The position numbers and the translations under genes were made by a program. Under the pieces are notes generated by a model. It made no database searches, was not told the origin of the DNA, and was given only the letters and a program-made list of their open reading frames with translations. Shown piece by piece: positions 28,079 through 42,568 of a stretch of 64,000 nucleotides of DNA. Numbering within the stretch: the stretch's first letter is position 1; each line of letters opens with the position of its first letter. Location of the stretch: contig NC_090597.1 in the NCBI RefSeq assembly GCF_000497125.1, positions 1,499,797 through 1,563,796 of the forward strand, in the 5' to 3' direction. The DNA comes from Spironucleus salmonicida. Its lineage: Eukaryota.

Positions 28079-28948
28079 ATGGACAATTAATTATGGTTTG
28101 ATGCGGCAGAATCAGGGGATCTGGGATTTATCGAAAATAATATAATCTAGTTTAAAGGTTCTAGAAATTAACATAGAGATACTGCCTTAATGATAGCTGT
28201 GTCATCATTATAAAATCATTTATTACCTATTCTTATTTAGGCTGAATACGGTCTTAAAAATTCTCATGGATAAACTGCACTACTTATTGCTGTATTATCG
28301 TAAAACTTAGATGCAGTTATGGAACTAGCACCATTAGAGTCTGGATCTCTTACTACTACTGGCAAAACAGCACTTGTTGTTGCCTTTAGTAAAGGGTTTC
28401 CAGAAATTGTTCGTATTTTATTTCCATGGGAGGCTTCATATAGCTATAATGGATAGCTACCTGAGAGAGTAGCTGAAGACAAAACATAAGAGTAGTTCAG
28501 CATTTGCCTTTAGATAGCTAGAAATTATCGTGCGGAAAATTTATGGCCATTTGTGGACGTTCTTAGCAAAAGAGTTAATTAACTTGAATATGAACTTTAT
28601 GGTATACGAGAAATGATTACTGACAAAAAATTTGGTAGAAGCATTTCTTAATCACCGAAGCTTATGGCCCAACCAAAAATATAAGATGAAACTGTTAATA
28701 TAAGTGCAGAACTGAATAAATTAAGAGTTAAAATTATTACTATAGAAGCTAGTATTTAATAAATTAAAAATAACCCTAAACCAGTTTACACAATAGGCGA
28801 TAGAATAACAACGTTAGAAGCGTAACAAGATTAAACTTCAGAGATTGTAGGTAATATTTCCTAAAATATAAATGAATTCCATTCAGCTATGAAAATAGTA
28901 TAAAAAGTAATTTAAGATATGAGCGAAGAAGTACTGAAACTAAAATGA
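28079..28948 (+). CDS. Ankyrin repeat + coiled-coil protein (diplomonad Protein 21.1-like), 289 aa
   Basis: MDNQLWFDAAESGD...RDTALMIAV...GQTALLIAV...GKTALVVAFSKGFPEIVRILFPWE, followed by a coiled-coil-like C-terminus. Confidence 0.85.
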
Positions 28949-28988
28949 TTATTATTTATATTATATGCTATATGCCTTCCATTCTAAA

Positions 28989-30119
28989 ATGATTCTAATC
29001 CTGTTATCTAATATGTTTACTGAAAAAATAATTGAACAAGGTAAAAAATCACTAATTCTAGCGTATACTAATGATAATAGTAATAATAGTGTCTTAAATC
29101 TATTTGATAATATTAAACATCAGCATAATAATTTATATAAAATTAATTGTGATGAACAAATAACGCTATGTTAATCATTGTAAGTATTAGATAACACACC
29201 ATAATTACTATTTATGAAAAATGGTATAACATTTCAGTTTACATAATAACATAGTTTGGAAAATATGTAAAAATATTATGATTATTTAATGACTGATGTA
29301 CTTATTCCATTTGCTTCAGAAATATAGTTTAAATAATCAATACTTTAAGAAAAAATAAAATATGCGTACCTTATTAAGGGATAAGACTAAGAATTCTTTG
29401 AGGAAATATTTACAAAATATTAAGGTAAAGTCGTTATTGGATATATTAAGTCAGATTTCAATGAGTTATAAGCGCATAGGGAATCACAGATTTATCATTT
29501 TGGTTAATAATTTATTAAGGAAAATCTAATATAATTTGTAGAACAACACTAAAATCCTCATTTTTCTAAACTAACCCCTTAAAATATAGAATCATAACTT
29601 ACAATTAGAACAAAATTACTATGCATTTTTTGTTTCAACTTATCAGATCAAGCAGAAAAGACCATTGGTAAGACAGTTAAATAACAGATAATCTAAGAAA
29701 ATATTGAAAATACAGAAATATCATTTGATGTTCAATTTTTCTATGCTGATTACCGTTAATTCGGCGAAATTTGTAAACTTGCTTCTAATGATAAACCAGG
29801 ACTTGTTATTTTAGACCAAAAGGCTACCCCATATCTTAAATATTCTTAATAGTATGAAAATGTTAATCAGATATTTGCCTACATTCAATAAGTCGTTAGT
29901 GGTGATATCTAAGGTTAAAAACTCTTTCCATAGTAAGATGTAGAATTAACTGATTTAAAGAAATAATATGTCAATTTTGGAAAAGTGGGGCTTCTTATTA
30001 TGGCATTGATTTTTGCCATTAAAATGATACTAGGTAGAAAACATGCATAAATTTAAGTGTAATAAGAATATTAGAAGGACAATAGTATAGAAATTAAAGA
30101 TATTGGCTCTGTTGAATGA
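28989..30119 (+). CDS. Thioredoxin-fold/PDI-like membrane protein, 376 aa (alternative start 28965)
   Basis: Short hydrophobic N-terminus (MILILLS), the PDI-like segment YKINCDEQITLCQSLQV...PQLLFMKNG, and a C-terminal TM GLLIMALIFAIKMILG. No CxxC seen at the expected site. Confidence 0.55.
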
Positions 30120-33100
30120 TTTTTTAATTATTATATTTATTAGTATTAAGTCTTAATCAAATTAAGCATGATTTAAATAACTAATTTTTATTTAAATATT
30201 TGGGACTAATTTAGAGTTATCTGTAAATTAATTTAATTAATATGATTATATGACATGTATTACTGATGGGAATAATGAAGAATAATTAGTAATTTATCAG
30301 CACCTTTTTGTATTTTTAAATTTATTGATGTGTTTATCTAAATTATATTATATTTTAACCTTACTATTTACCATTATTATAATAAGATGTAAAGTTTATT
30401 AATATATATTGCATATATAAAATATTATCATTGCGTTGTTGTTATTTATTAATTATTTTTAATAATACAAACTTACCATAATTATAAAATAGGAAAATGA
30501 TTATTTGACATATATAAGCTTTATATTATTAATGATATATTAATATCTGATGTGATATATAGAACTTATATTTTTCTTATCATAGTAGAAATTTCTATTA
30601 TTCAGTTAAGTAAATATTATTTAATAAACTCACGACTACTTTATTCAGGTTGTTTAATTTCTTACTAATAGTCTATAATAACTTATTTGAATCTTGAAAA
30701 CAATATTAATCATATTTATAATGGTATATTATATGTAGCTCATGACACACGAATAATTTGTTGCTTACTTTCTATCTATATACTCAAAAAGTATAACCAG
30801 ATACATTACTTTTATATATTATTACTAAAAGTGATATATTTTATATTTGTTAATATGTAAACATGCGATATTCATATCTTATTCCTTATATAAAACTATA
30901 CATTAAATGTATTATATTATTATCAATATTTATGATTATGTGATTGTGACATTAGTAACTCTTGTATTGAAAAATTTGATTATATTGTTATCCATAAATA
31001 CATTTTAATACGTATTTAATATTATAAGTTTAAGTTAATTATGTCTAATTTTTCTATAATTTACTGTATATATACGACTTAGTAATTAAGCATCCATAAT
31101 TTATGATATTATTTTAAATACATATGTACAAGTAATTAGAATAAGACAAAAATATTGTGCTATTATTTATGAAAAAAAGTTACTTAATATTACAGTAACT
31201 TTGAACTATATATTTGGATATATCTGATTTGTACTGACCATATTATCCTGTATTTACTCATAATAATGTGTTTTTAATTTCACCATTTTATAGTTTACAC
31301 AATTATATACATACTTTAGATTGAATAGATTTTCCAAATCATATAACATTTGATTTTGCATTGTAAAGCAAATTGCATAAATGTAAATCAAACTTCACGA
31401 TAAAGTATCACAGTGGTAAAAATTTACTTTCAGAATTATGATATTTGTAGTCATTGAATATTTTATGATAATTTTGATATATTATTAAGAATTAAATATT
31501 ATAGGCTACTCTATAACATGTGTTTACCTTGTAATAGGTTAACGGATTTAGTTATAAATTTTAACACAATAACTCTCACATCCCATATGTAAGTATTGTT
31601 AATCATGTTATACAAATAACAATTAATACTTTGAAATTATGGGTTGGATAAAAATCATACATGAGTTAATATCATCAGCTATAAGTATTTAACAAGCTTA
31701 AGTATTTAATGTCCAATAAATATTTTATTCACTAATAAGAAAACACGAATAATAAATTAGGAGATATTATACGTATCAATGTGATGATTTACGGTTAATA
31801 GTATCATATATTTGGAGTAAACGAACATTCTGTAGTGTAGCACCTCAAATTAATCAATTACCTTTGACTATTACTTAAGCAAAAAATGAACAGCTTTAGT
31901 GAGTAATGTATCAAATTTATAATTTTGCCACAAATCAGCAGTTTAAAAGTTGAGAAATAATCCTATTTAATTTAGGATATCTTTTCACGTATAAGTTTTA
32001 CAGAAATAGGCGCAAATAATATGTTTAGTCATAATTATATATACGCTCATTGTCGAGTATATTATAAAATATTGATATAATTACCTATTAATATATCGAA
32101 TCTTAGCATTCTATCGTAAACTGGATATATCAACCATCCTATTTTTGCGGTAAAGGTGACTGAACGACTGCTATCTCAGTATATGTTACATTATTATCTA
32201 TACTTCACCACAATTTACCTTTAAAATACTGGTGGAATTAATGTTCTGGATACTAACATTGTCCATATTAATTTTATATTTGACATTCTACTGATATTAT
32301 AATCAAATTATTCATTACTGTCACGTAGCCTTAATAAATTATACTCACCGATAGATATTCAACTTTTTAACTTAGCTTACAAGATGGATGGATAAGTACT
32401 TCTGGTTACTTATATTGCTTTTTGCTACCTCATATCACCAATCTAAGATGGGGGTACAATATTCTCTCCTGATTGACACTGTGCACTCGGTATTTTGATG
32501 ATAGTTTAATTATGGAAAATGGTTATAACTGAGTTTCCTTAGCAATATTACTTCTGGAGGTATAAAATGTATTATTATGGCTTATCCTATACTATGCTGA
32601 ATTTAGAAAATTAACACCGCTTATTGCATAATACTAGCAACATTAACATCAATTTTTAGCTGTATGTGATTATCTAAAAGAAATGAAATTCACTTACTCA
32701 AAAATATGATCTAACACAAGTTTATTACCAAAAATATATAAGACGATTGTAAAATGTTATATATAAACACAGATAACATATATTTTCCGAACTATTAATC
32801 AAGAGAATGTATTTAAAATTTTGGACCGGTAAGTATAAATATGTATACTAGATAACTTTGGGATTCAAATTATTTGCAGACGAAACATGGCTTATTAATA
32901 TTCTAAAAATGCATATAGGTATAAAAATTGCCATTGGCAGCATATAGATATATAAATGTAATGTGCAAATAAAAATTGTTATTCTTATTTATTTGAATGC
33001 GAGTTAAATTTAATAATAGTATCTATAATTTTATTTCAATAAATAATAAGATAAAATTAGATATATATTATAGTTTTCTTGAGATGCATTAAATAAGATG

Positions 33101-33883
33101 AAACATTACAAATAAGTTATTTTATATTAAATCAAATATCACTAATGATATTGAATTTTTCCACGTTGATATATGGATAAAACACAAATAGTTGATTTTT
33201 ATTTATTAGTTGTCCATTAAAATTATAATTATTTATAATGATCTTCTGGTTAGCTTTTAGATTTCTAGTTCCTGGAATACTTTTCAAAATAAGTTAAATA
33301 CATATTTTTCAACTTGAATTTAATAATAAATTAATAGGTTGGTACTTTAGATTAATACCTGTAATCCAGAAATAAATTTTTTTTACATTAGACCGATAAC
33401 TTAAATAAATTATTAAAACAAATGATTTTTAATATCCATCCATTAAAATATTTGATATATAACTTTCTTTGGTTAGAAATTCATATAAATTCATTACTAT
33501 ATTAAATAATCTATCACCTATTTTAAGAATATGAGAATATGTGGCCGCAAATACAAGGAACTGGTATAAATTGCAATACAATTTGTATCATTTAATAAAG
33601 GATTCTGTAATTGTATAAATTTAATAAATTATAACCGTTAGTTGGATATATAAAATCAAACATCTAACAAAAGTACTAATTATAAAGTTTTACATTTTAT
33701 TCTTCATTTTTTATATATTTATCATGTTATTTGATTTATTTCAATGTTTCGAATTCTATGTGTGTCAAAAGTTAATATTAGTTTGATTACATGTAAGAAA
33801 TATACTAAATAGTAAAAATGATACTATTCAATAAATTATAGACATCAAAAAGTATAATTAACACTCTATCTTAGTAAATAATA

Positions 33884-34360
33884 TCAATCAAAAGTTATAA
33901 CTATATTACTATTATTGATTTAAAAATATTTATTTTTATGGAGCTCTTATAAAAAAATGCTATCAGGAATTGAATTATCCTTCAAAAATTATTGGATTTC
34001 CCAAGGTTTTAAATGTTAAATCTGTGTTTAGTCAATTATATCTTCATCTAAACCATTCAGAAATTTAAACTCCTCATTTTTAAGCTTGTTATAGTTATTC
34101 TTAACAATACATTATTCCTAATTGCATACTAACTATTATTATTTTAATTAATAGTTATTATTAATACGTTATGGAGTAGTATCTACTGATAAAACATCTT
34201 ATACTACAAGTTTTTTCAACTTAGTCAATTCTGCATGTTATATGTTATCTAAAATTCCAGCAAAACCGTAATCTCCTCTAACCAATGCCGGTATATATCC
34301 AGGAGGAGCAACTAACGAATTAAACTCCACCTCTGGTCGATGACTATATTTTCGTTTCAT
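33884..34360 (-). CDS. Short protein with Prp6-like N-terminal motif, 158 aa (possibly a truncated or frameshifted gene)
   Basis: MKRKYSHRPEVEFNSLVAPPGYIPALVRGDYGF resembles the Prp6 N-terminal F...APxGYVPGLGRGAxGF motif. In-frame TGA at 33884. Confidence 0.5.
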
Positions 34361-34372
34361 TCGTATAACTGT

Positions 34373-34405
34373 TATATTATATTTATATTTATATTTATAT
34401 TTATT
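34373..34405. repeat. (TATATT)n-type microsatellite in a divergent intergenic spacer
   Basis: tatattatatttatatttatatttatatttatt lies between ATG 34360 (-) and ATG 34435 (+). Confidence 0.7.
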
Positions 34406-34434
34406 ACTTATTTTATCTTTCCTCATTATCTAGA

Positions 34435-36453
34435 ATGGAGAAAGACTACAAATAAGATAATGCAAAGTTGTCATAGATTACTTCATTAATACTATAGTTT
34501 GATCCATAAATACATCCTCCTACTGTTCTTACCAAATCACTTCATATATTTCGCAGCTTTGCTCATGACGCACACCCATAACATTTCATGGATCAATTAG
34601 ATTCAATTCTTGATTTTCTATATAAGTTGCTTAAACCAACAGTTTTACCATACTCTTCTTTTTCAAATGTTTAAGAGAACGATTAAACTATCGCTGTAAA
34701 CACAATTTTTAAATTCTTTATATTCATTACATATTCCTTTAATGCATTACGTCTCAAGGTTGCCAAAAGGATAAATTTTCAGGCTCATTTTGACAAATTT
34801 GTGAATCTTTTCATTTCTGTTAAAGTTGAAGACAATACTATGAAAGGCATAACTACTCGTGGAAATGTACTTATTTTTGGTGGAGAAAATTTCAATTTCA
34901 CTCCATCTCCTTCATATTTTTTGCAGATTTCCGCCACGGTGAAGTTTTTGATCGAATTTCACACACAAAATTTTGATAAATTGGCAACTGTTTTGCATTA
35001 ATTGTTACTAATAGCTGACTCCAATGCTATGCAGTTTTAACAAAATTCTAAATTCCCTCCAAGTGTTATTTTTTCAGGTAATACAAACATTGCTTTTTCA
35101 GTTCTTTAGAATTTATCGTTTTTGGATGAAATTAACGTGGTTTAAAACAAAGAAAATGAACTAGTTTTTAAATCTATACCTATAGCATAAATGCTTTAGA
35201 GATAGATTTTTGTTTAAAATTACATCAGTGATAGTAAATCTGCAATTCGTCGAATTGGAAATTTTAGTGGTTAAATAAAGAACAATAATGCAATTGAGAG
35301 TTTATGTCTAATTTAATTTAATAATGAAATCGACATGTTTGTTGATAGAAGTAGGATATTTATCAATAGTTATGTCGAAAAATGTAGTCTAAAAGACGCA
35401 TTCTAAGTCGAGTTTTTAAATTTCTTTAAATTTTAGAAATCTGATGAGATACGGCTATTTTTAATGAATTAGAAACGTAAAAACATTAATTTAGAATTAA
35501 ACATACAATAGCTAGTGTAGATCTCGAATAATGAGCCAAAACTGTCTGTGTTAATTTGTAAGGCACTAGCTGAGTGTAGATTCATTTCTAGTGAAATAAT
35601 AGAGTAGTTTAAGTATTTAGCAAGTAAAATAGCCTTTTAAATGGTTAGAAAACTAAATATAATTGATATTTTTAAGGCACATTTTAGTGGCGATTTTACT
35701 AGTTTAGATTTAGGAATTTTAATTCAAAAGTCATCAGATATGAATATAAGAGATTATTGCATGATGATAAATTCTGAAATTAGGTACTTGATGGAATAGA
35801 CTTAATAAAATTATAATGATATGCTTGGTTAGAAGTAGAGTTAATTCTCTAAAATTTATGGTGCTTTAGCAGATCGAAAATTATTTTTATAGTAATTTGT
35901 CTTGTCACCTGATACAAATTTTTTAAAAGTTATAGGTGAAAATATTGATATAACTGACAAATTAAATATTGAAGCATATTGTCTTTATTAGGTATTCACT
36001 TAAACTAAAAATATTGAGTTTGTCTAGATGATAATTATTTAAAATCCAGCTATTCTCTAATAATTTGATATTGTAAATTTATTAAGTCCAGAGTAAGTGT
36101 ATTCATCTCTTTTGAAAGCAGATGAATTAAATAAAATTTAAGTGGAGTTATTTAGTAAATAATAAGCGGCTTTAGAATAATAAAAAGAAGCAGGTTTTGT
36201 CATGGATGGGAAAATAGATTTATCAACGGTAAAGGATGAAGTAAATTCTCAGATTACTGTGCTTAATAAAAGGCTTGTTTAGTTAAGGAAAGGGTATTGT
36301 TGGTATTAATTAAAAGATTAATAATTTTATTGGGGTAAAGTCGAATTTTTCAGTTAGATATAGTGTAAAAATTTCAAACCTATCATTATTTTCTTGAAAG
36401 ATAAGGGGTATCTTACAAGTATGGACGCTGAATCTTTGTTGGCATTATAATGA
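34435..36453 (+). CDS. Hypothetical helical protein, 672 aa
   Basis: ATG 34435 (MEKDYKQDNAKLSQITSLILQFDP...), same frame as track fragment 34801-35001, ends ...ESLLALQ-TGA. Confidence 0.7.
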
Positions 36454-36504
36454 AACATTACCCCATATATATAGTATAATATGTATTTATAATAAACATT
36501 TTAA

Positions 36505-39500
36505 ATGAATCTTCTTCCAGTGGATATTTTATCTACCATCTCTAAAATAAAGAATCTTATTAAAAGGTAAGACTTATAAACTAATTAAGGATAGGCTATA
36601 ATTTTATATCATTAACTATACGAATCAGCTGTTGATATCATTGCAGCAGATGAGTAAATTAATGAACTATACATTCAATTTGTGTCTTATATTAACACAG
36701 AATATGTGAAAAAAACATTTGAAACCGAAATTTGTTCATTATACTTAATGAAAATATAATTCCCAAATCCATACGAGTACTTTATGTTTTAAGTATTAGC
36801 CTTAAATGACTACTAAATACCATCAGAAAATCTACGTATTTTTATTGATATAGTCATTGATTGCAAAGTAGGCGATATTATTAGAATGCTAGCTTTTAAT
36901 ATACTTTATTCTCCTAAAAATTATTAAGCGACTAATTCAATATTTAAAACATTAATTGACAAGAATCTTGATTCTAAGAACTTCATTAAGAAGTAGAGAG
37001 AATGTGTTCCTTATGTTTAATTAATTCCTTATATATTCTCAACTAAAATAGATGAGGAACATTTATATCATCTACTGTCTGGTAAATTCGATTTATGTCA
37101 ACGATATGTAATGAAAACTATGTTATCATCCACAATATCTCTACTTGTATATTAGTCATCTACCCAATAACTCTTGCAACTTGTTGGATAGAATATTAAT
37201 AAAGTTGTTTCATGGCTATCTGATAAAAAGCACTTCTCTGCAGCTTTCGTCCCTCTAGTAGAATATGCTATATCTGCACCATAATTCTTAATTTCACCGA
37301 ATTTTACTAAACTTACTATCGCCCTTAAGGCGAATCCCGTATAAGCTTTCCCAGCCGTTATTAGGCTGATAACTTCATTATGCTACGAAGTAGACATATT
37401 TGATACGAAATTAGTGTAAAAACCTCTTGTTAATAGTAACAAATATCTTATTGATATAGCAATTCTAGTATTCTAAGCTGTGTCTAAACATTTTTCACCA
37501 AAAAACTTATAGTCAATTTAACAAAAAATGCTATAGTTTGATTAGCCTATTTAATAATAATTATCTAATATAAAAATTATATACTTTAAGTTTTTGCCTT
37601 ATTTGAGTATGCTACCAGCAGATTAATTTTTTATTCCATAAGAGTATATTTTACTTGGTTCTTTGCTAGTTTCATGTGATAAAAATCTAGCTAAGCGTTT
37701 TGAAAACAATACATTTGTATAATTTGTGATATTTTCTGATACGTAAAACTTTGATCCCGTGTGCTTGGATATAGTTTATTAGTCTAATATAGAATATTTT
37801 TTTAAGTTGGCAATTATATAAAAAGACATTAATATGTATGTTTAAAGTATTTCACATTTAATTTCTAAAAATATTGTGTAAATTAGCAAAGCAGATTTGA
37901 TAGTTTTAGTAAAATAGCAGATAGACTTTTCTGTTTTTTATGGTTAAGAGCTATTAGCTGTAGTTATTTAATAGATTAAAAATCGATAGTGGGCGATAGA
38001 TGGAATTTAAATATTATAACAAAGTTTGAAATAATGTTATAAATTGGTTAATAATAAATTAATTTATAGTTTAATTTTATTATATTTAACAGATTTTTAG
38101 AGTGGATAAGATGCTATAGATGGATTTATAAGATTTACTTATAAAAAATTTTAATCAAATTATCCAGATGGCTTATTTGATTCAAAATAATCATTAATTC
38201 AATCATTCATAAGTTCTGAAAATATAGAATTTGAAAATTATATTGACAAGTAAATTGTAAAAGATTTATCATAAACATAAACTATATATTCGAATCGAAT
38301 ATTACTTTTTTATTTTGTAAATAATTAATAGCATTAATAATACTTTATTCAGTAGTTTTTTAATAATTGGGATGAGTAGTCAGCATTACTTTTTTCCAAT
38401 AAATACACTATTTTTGATAACATTACATAAGGTTCTGTTATTTCGATATAAAGTGCAGTATAAGATTCGTTATAATTAGACTACAAGTATCAATATTCTA
38501 ATAATAACATAAAAGATATGGCTCCCAATCTTTTAGAATCCGCTATTTTATAATCAAATACTTTAGTATTATCTAGTAATTTTGCTTAACTTTGTACATA
38601 GAAACTTTTATCAATTATAAGTTCTTCAGAAGTGTAAAAAATTATTTATGACCTTAATAAGTCGAATTAATAATTAAATTTAACCTAGCTTTTTGATTTT
38701 ATGTATTAGCCACTGTTTGTTATAGCATTCACAGCATTATAACATAATTTCTGTTTATTTATTTAACATAATAAATTAGAATATTTTAATAATGTTCTTT
38801 TACTATTAACACCATTTTTACTATTATTAAATCATATACCGTCATTAGGTTTATTTTTAAAACAGTGTCACGTCAAAGATGAATCTAAAGATAAAATTAT
38901 TATTAGCTAGTATAAAGATATTACATCAGAATTATATATGAATTCTATTTTTTATCTGCTTAAAGATGAAAAGCTAATTATTTTTATCAATAATATACAT
39001 TACAAAAAGAATTTCAATAACTTTTTACTGTAATTTGGTTATTAGTAATTATGTTTATTTATGAATAACAAAGTTATACATTAATATGTAGACTATTTAA
39101 CGTTTGAAGAAAAATAATTGCAACCAGATAAATAATATAAGCCTACCTAGTCGATTTAAGATGGAATTTAAAAGTTAAAATTTCTATCAGCAATATATTA
39201 GTATTCTTATGTTAATACTTATGATGTGTTCTAATTTATAACCAGCTTTTATGAAAATAATTTATACATATTTTAAGTGTATTATTTTGAATAAGTTGTA
39301 TACCATATCCTCTCATATTTAAAAACCAATCTGCAGTATTCTAAGTTTATTATAACTATTTTTTAATTTTATTAAAATAAAGATCCACGAATACCTATGC
39401 TTTTTATTGAAAAATTATTGTAGTCCCTGATTCAATGCATCCAAGACAACAAATTTTCCCTTTTAACTAGTTACGATTATGAACTCTCAATCAATTTAGA

Positions 39501-42500
39501 GTAACTGTTCGAAATCGAGCCATCATTATAGATTCCACTTTATTGCTAAGATGCCTCAGAGCTTTTTGATTACCTTAAAACATAACCATAATTTGATTTA
39601 TAATATTTCGAGTCAGTGATATTGAAGCAGGATTTAGCAAAACGCGCATCATTTGCTTTTGATACACTTATAACACTCGATCAGGCTTAGTAGTATTTCA
39701 CAGTTTCATAGACTCTATTACTTGTTTTTATCATTGCAAATGATGCAAGAACTATCCAGTATTCAAAATAGCTTATAGACTGTCTCATGTCGTCAACAAT
39801 ACTCTCTAAGACTTGGGTGAAGAGTTTGTTATAAACAATGTAATAAATAGATATTCCACCTTACTGCTTAGAACATTATAATCAGATATTATAGAAGTCA
39901 TAGATTTTTATTCCAGGAACTTTATGGTTTGTTGGATAATTAAAGAGAGATTATGACGTATATTTAATCAATTTTGAGCTTAATGGGAGTCTAAAGGAGC
40001 TAGTTTGCTTTTAAATATAAACATTTTTGACCTTTTCGTTCTGCATTTAAATCGATAATTTTACGTACAAACCATCTTAATTTTATGAGACTTTTTTTGA
40101 AAATTCACTGCAAAATTCAGATCAAACTTCAGAGTCAAACACGTCGTCATCGAATTTATCAGCTACGCTAAACTGCAGGCAATAAGAAAATTATCAGCTT
40201 TCTGAGCTGTTTTTAAACTTATATTTCGTACTTATTTCTCTGTATTAGTATCCAGAATTTGAATCAATTTTTGTAAAGCAAATCCTGAAAAAGTTTGACA
40301 CAATAATCATAATCAAATTTATGTAGTTTTATACTCATAACAAAATATTCCTGAATACTTACTAGTTAAACGTTAGTGAGGATTTAAAGCAGCGGGAATC
40401 AGTGTAGATTGTTGAAAAGTAAAAGAAAAAAATCATTAAAAAGAGTACGAATATTTTTGTATCTGACACTGATAGGTAGGTTCCATTTAAAAAATAGTCT
40501 AAACAGAAGCAAAAGTATTAAATTTCACACATTAGTGAAATGTTTGAGACTAATTTTGACTACAAACTGATCGAGTCAATTGTGTTGCGCTTAGCAGTCT
40601 CTTAGTAATCGTAAATTATTCAGGAGTTGATAAACTTCACTTTTTTAGATCAATCTTATGATTCAATAAATATTCTGCAGTTCTCATCCTAATAATAGGA
40701 GTATATTTACGGATTTGTTGCGCGCAAGTTGATTGCTAAAATACTGAAATAAAGTTTTTAAAATTCGATCAAGATAGAGCCTTATTTACTTGTTACATCT
40801 CTGGTGGTATTGTCAATTGATGGAGTATATACTGATTGTTTCAAATCAGATAATAATAGTAAACCTTCAGAAAAATCAATGCAATAGGCATATTAACGGT
40901 CAGAATTTAGTGTTATTTCATCATCAAGTAGGAAATAAGTAAAAATTGCTCATATAGAGTAAGAACAATAACTAATATAAGCTTTAATTTAACTATAGGT
41001 GCCATCATTTTATTTCTTTCAAATTTTGTTGGACGAGAAACTTGAAAATCTTAATAATATCACTATTTTGCTCTAACGATTTCTCATACAACCACATCTT
41101 CTTTTAGATTATCTTCATATACTTACTCTGTAAATAAACCAGCTTGGTATTATTTCAGAAATGCAGGCACCGTGGATGAACCCAGACAAGTTTGTTCTTA
41201 CTACGTAATTTCAAGCAAAAATTACATATTCAATGGCAATTATTATAGATGAAAGAGGCGTTCAAAGTGCAATTAATCGCACGAATGCATTGACCATGAT
41301 ATAAGATGGGTTAAGCAGTCAAATATTCAAGGATAATTTCTCTCTATTACCTGAAGATAGAAACTAAATGTTTATTATTTCATTATTTAAATCATATATC
41401 AACTAAATGTAGCTCTTAGATTTCAACAATAGTGATATAATCTCATAATAAAAAATAATTTTAGAGAATATTATTATTTCCATACTACTAAATGTTATTG
41501 AAAAGTAAACAATTCGGCTAGTATAACCATTTGTGAAAATGATCAAAGTACTTTAATATTCAAAAATTTCAGCCATATTTGCATATAAGTTATTATACAT
41601 TTTAATAAATCACGCACCATAAACGTTAATTATCAATTCAAGTGTCTAATTTTATCAAACCCTTTAAAACTCTAATTTCAATAACTGTTTTAGATTCTTT
41701 AACGCGCAGTTTTATTTAGATTACAATAATCTTATATCTCTCCCAGGGCATCCGAAATCATTATTGTCCTCTTACTAATTATAGTGCGAGAACATTTAAA
41801 CATGGTTTAAATCATCAGTTTAAGTAGAAAATCAAGCAAAGCCACCATAAAAATCGTGTACATAGTTCTGCACAACATCAATCGAGTCATCTATAGCAGA
41901 TTTGAATTAATTCCTTTCAGTAAACTTTGATATGAAGAAACTTGCGATTCTCGCCCCATTTTCAGCAAATTTTCTCTGCTTTTCGCTCACGCGATAGGAA
42001 ATGTCATCAATTAACTATAAAGCACTACTTTTATGTCAATTTTTTAATATTATTCTTTAGCGGCATTTCAACAAATAAACACCTATTTCTGAGTTTGCAA
42101 ATACGTTCGCCTACACGATGAAGTATGCAAATTCGATTAAAAAAATTTAAAAATAGGAACAGTTCTACGATATAATTTCTTATTTATTGCTATTGCAAAA
42201 TTTGGATTTTGGCGTGCAACTCCCTTCCACTTCCACTTCTTTTTCAACTAAAAATTTGCTGACAAACTTGATCGATGTTGACGAAAATCTAGCAAATTCT
42301 CTAATCCAGATAATGAAATTCCGCAATTTGCAGTTCAGCGCTTTGTTTTTGCTGGTCCAGGTCGTCCGAATGCTCAACTCGGACGGCTCGATCAATGCGA
42401 TTCAGAGCATCAAATTCATTGATTTCGACGATTTCGCGGCGCCGGAAATTCGCGAAATCTACAAAAAATTGCAGGGGAAAATCAATTTCAAGACAGGAAA

Positions 42501-42558
42501 TAAGGGGCAATGCGAGGTCTATTTAATGTATTCTGAGTTTAAAAAGGAGTTTGAGTGA
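36505..42558 (+). CDS. Large HEAT/ARM-like scaffold protein, 2017 aa
   Basis: ATG 36505 (MNLLPVDILSTISKIK...) is in frame with track fragment 42187-42558 and ends KKEFE-TGA. Helical-repeat-like composition. Confidence 0.7.
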
Positions 42559-42568
42559 ACATAGAATT

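Noticed and set aside
31886-32476. ~196-codon open frame on the + strand
   Set aside because: No motif, and with only one stop codon an open frame of this length can arise by chance.
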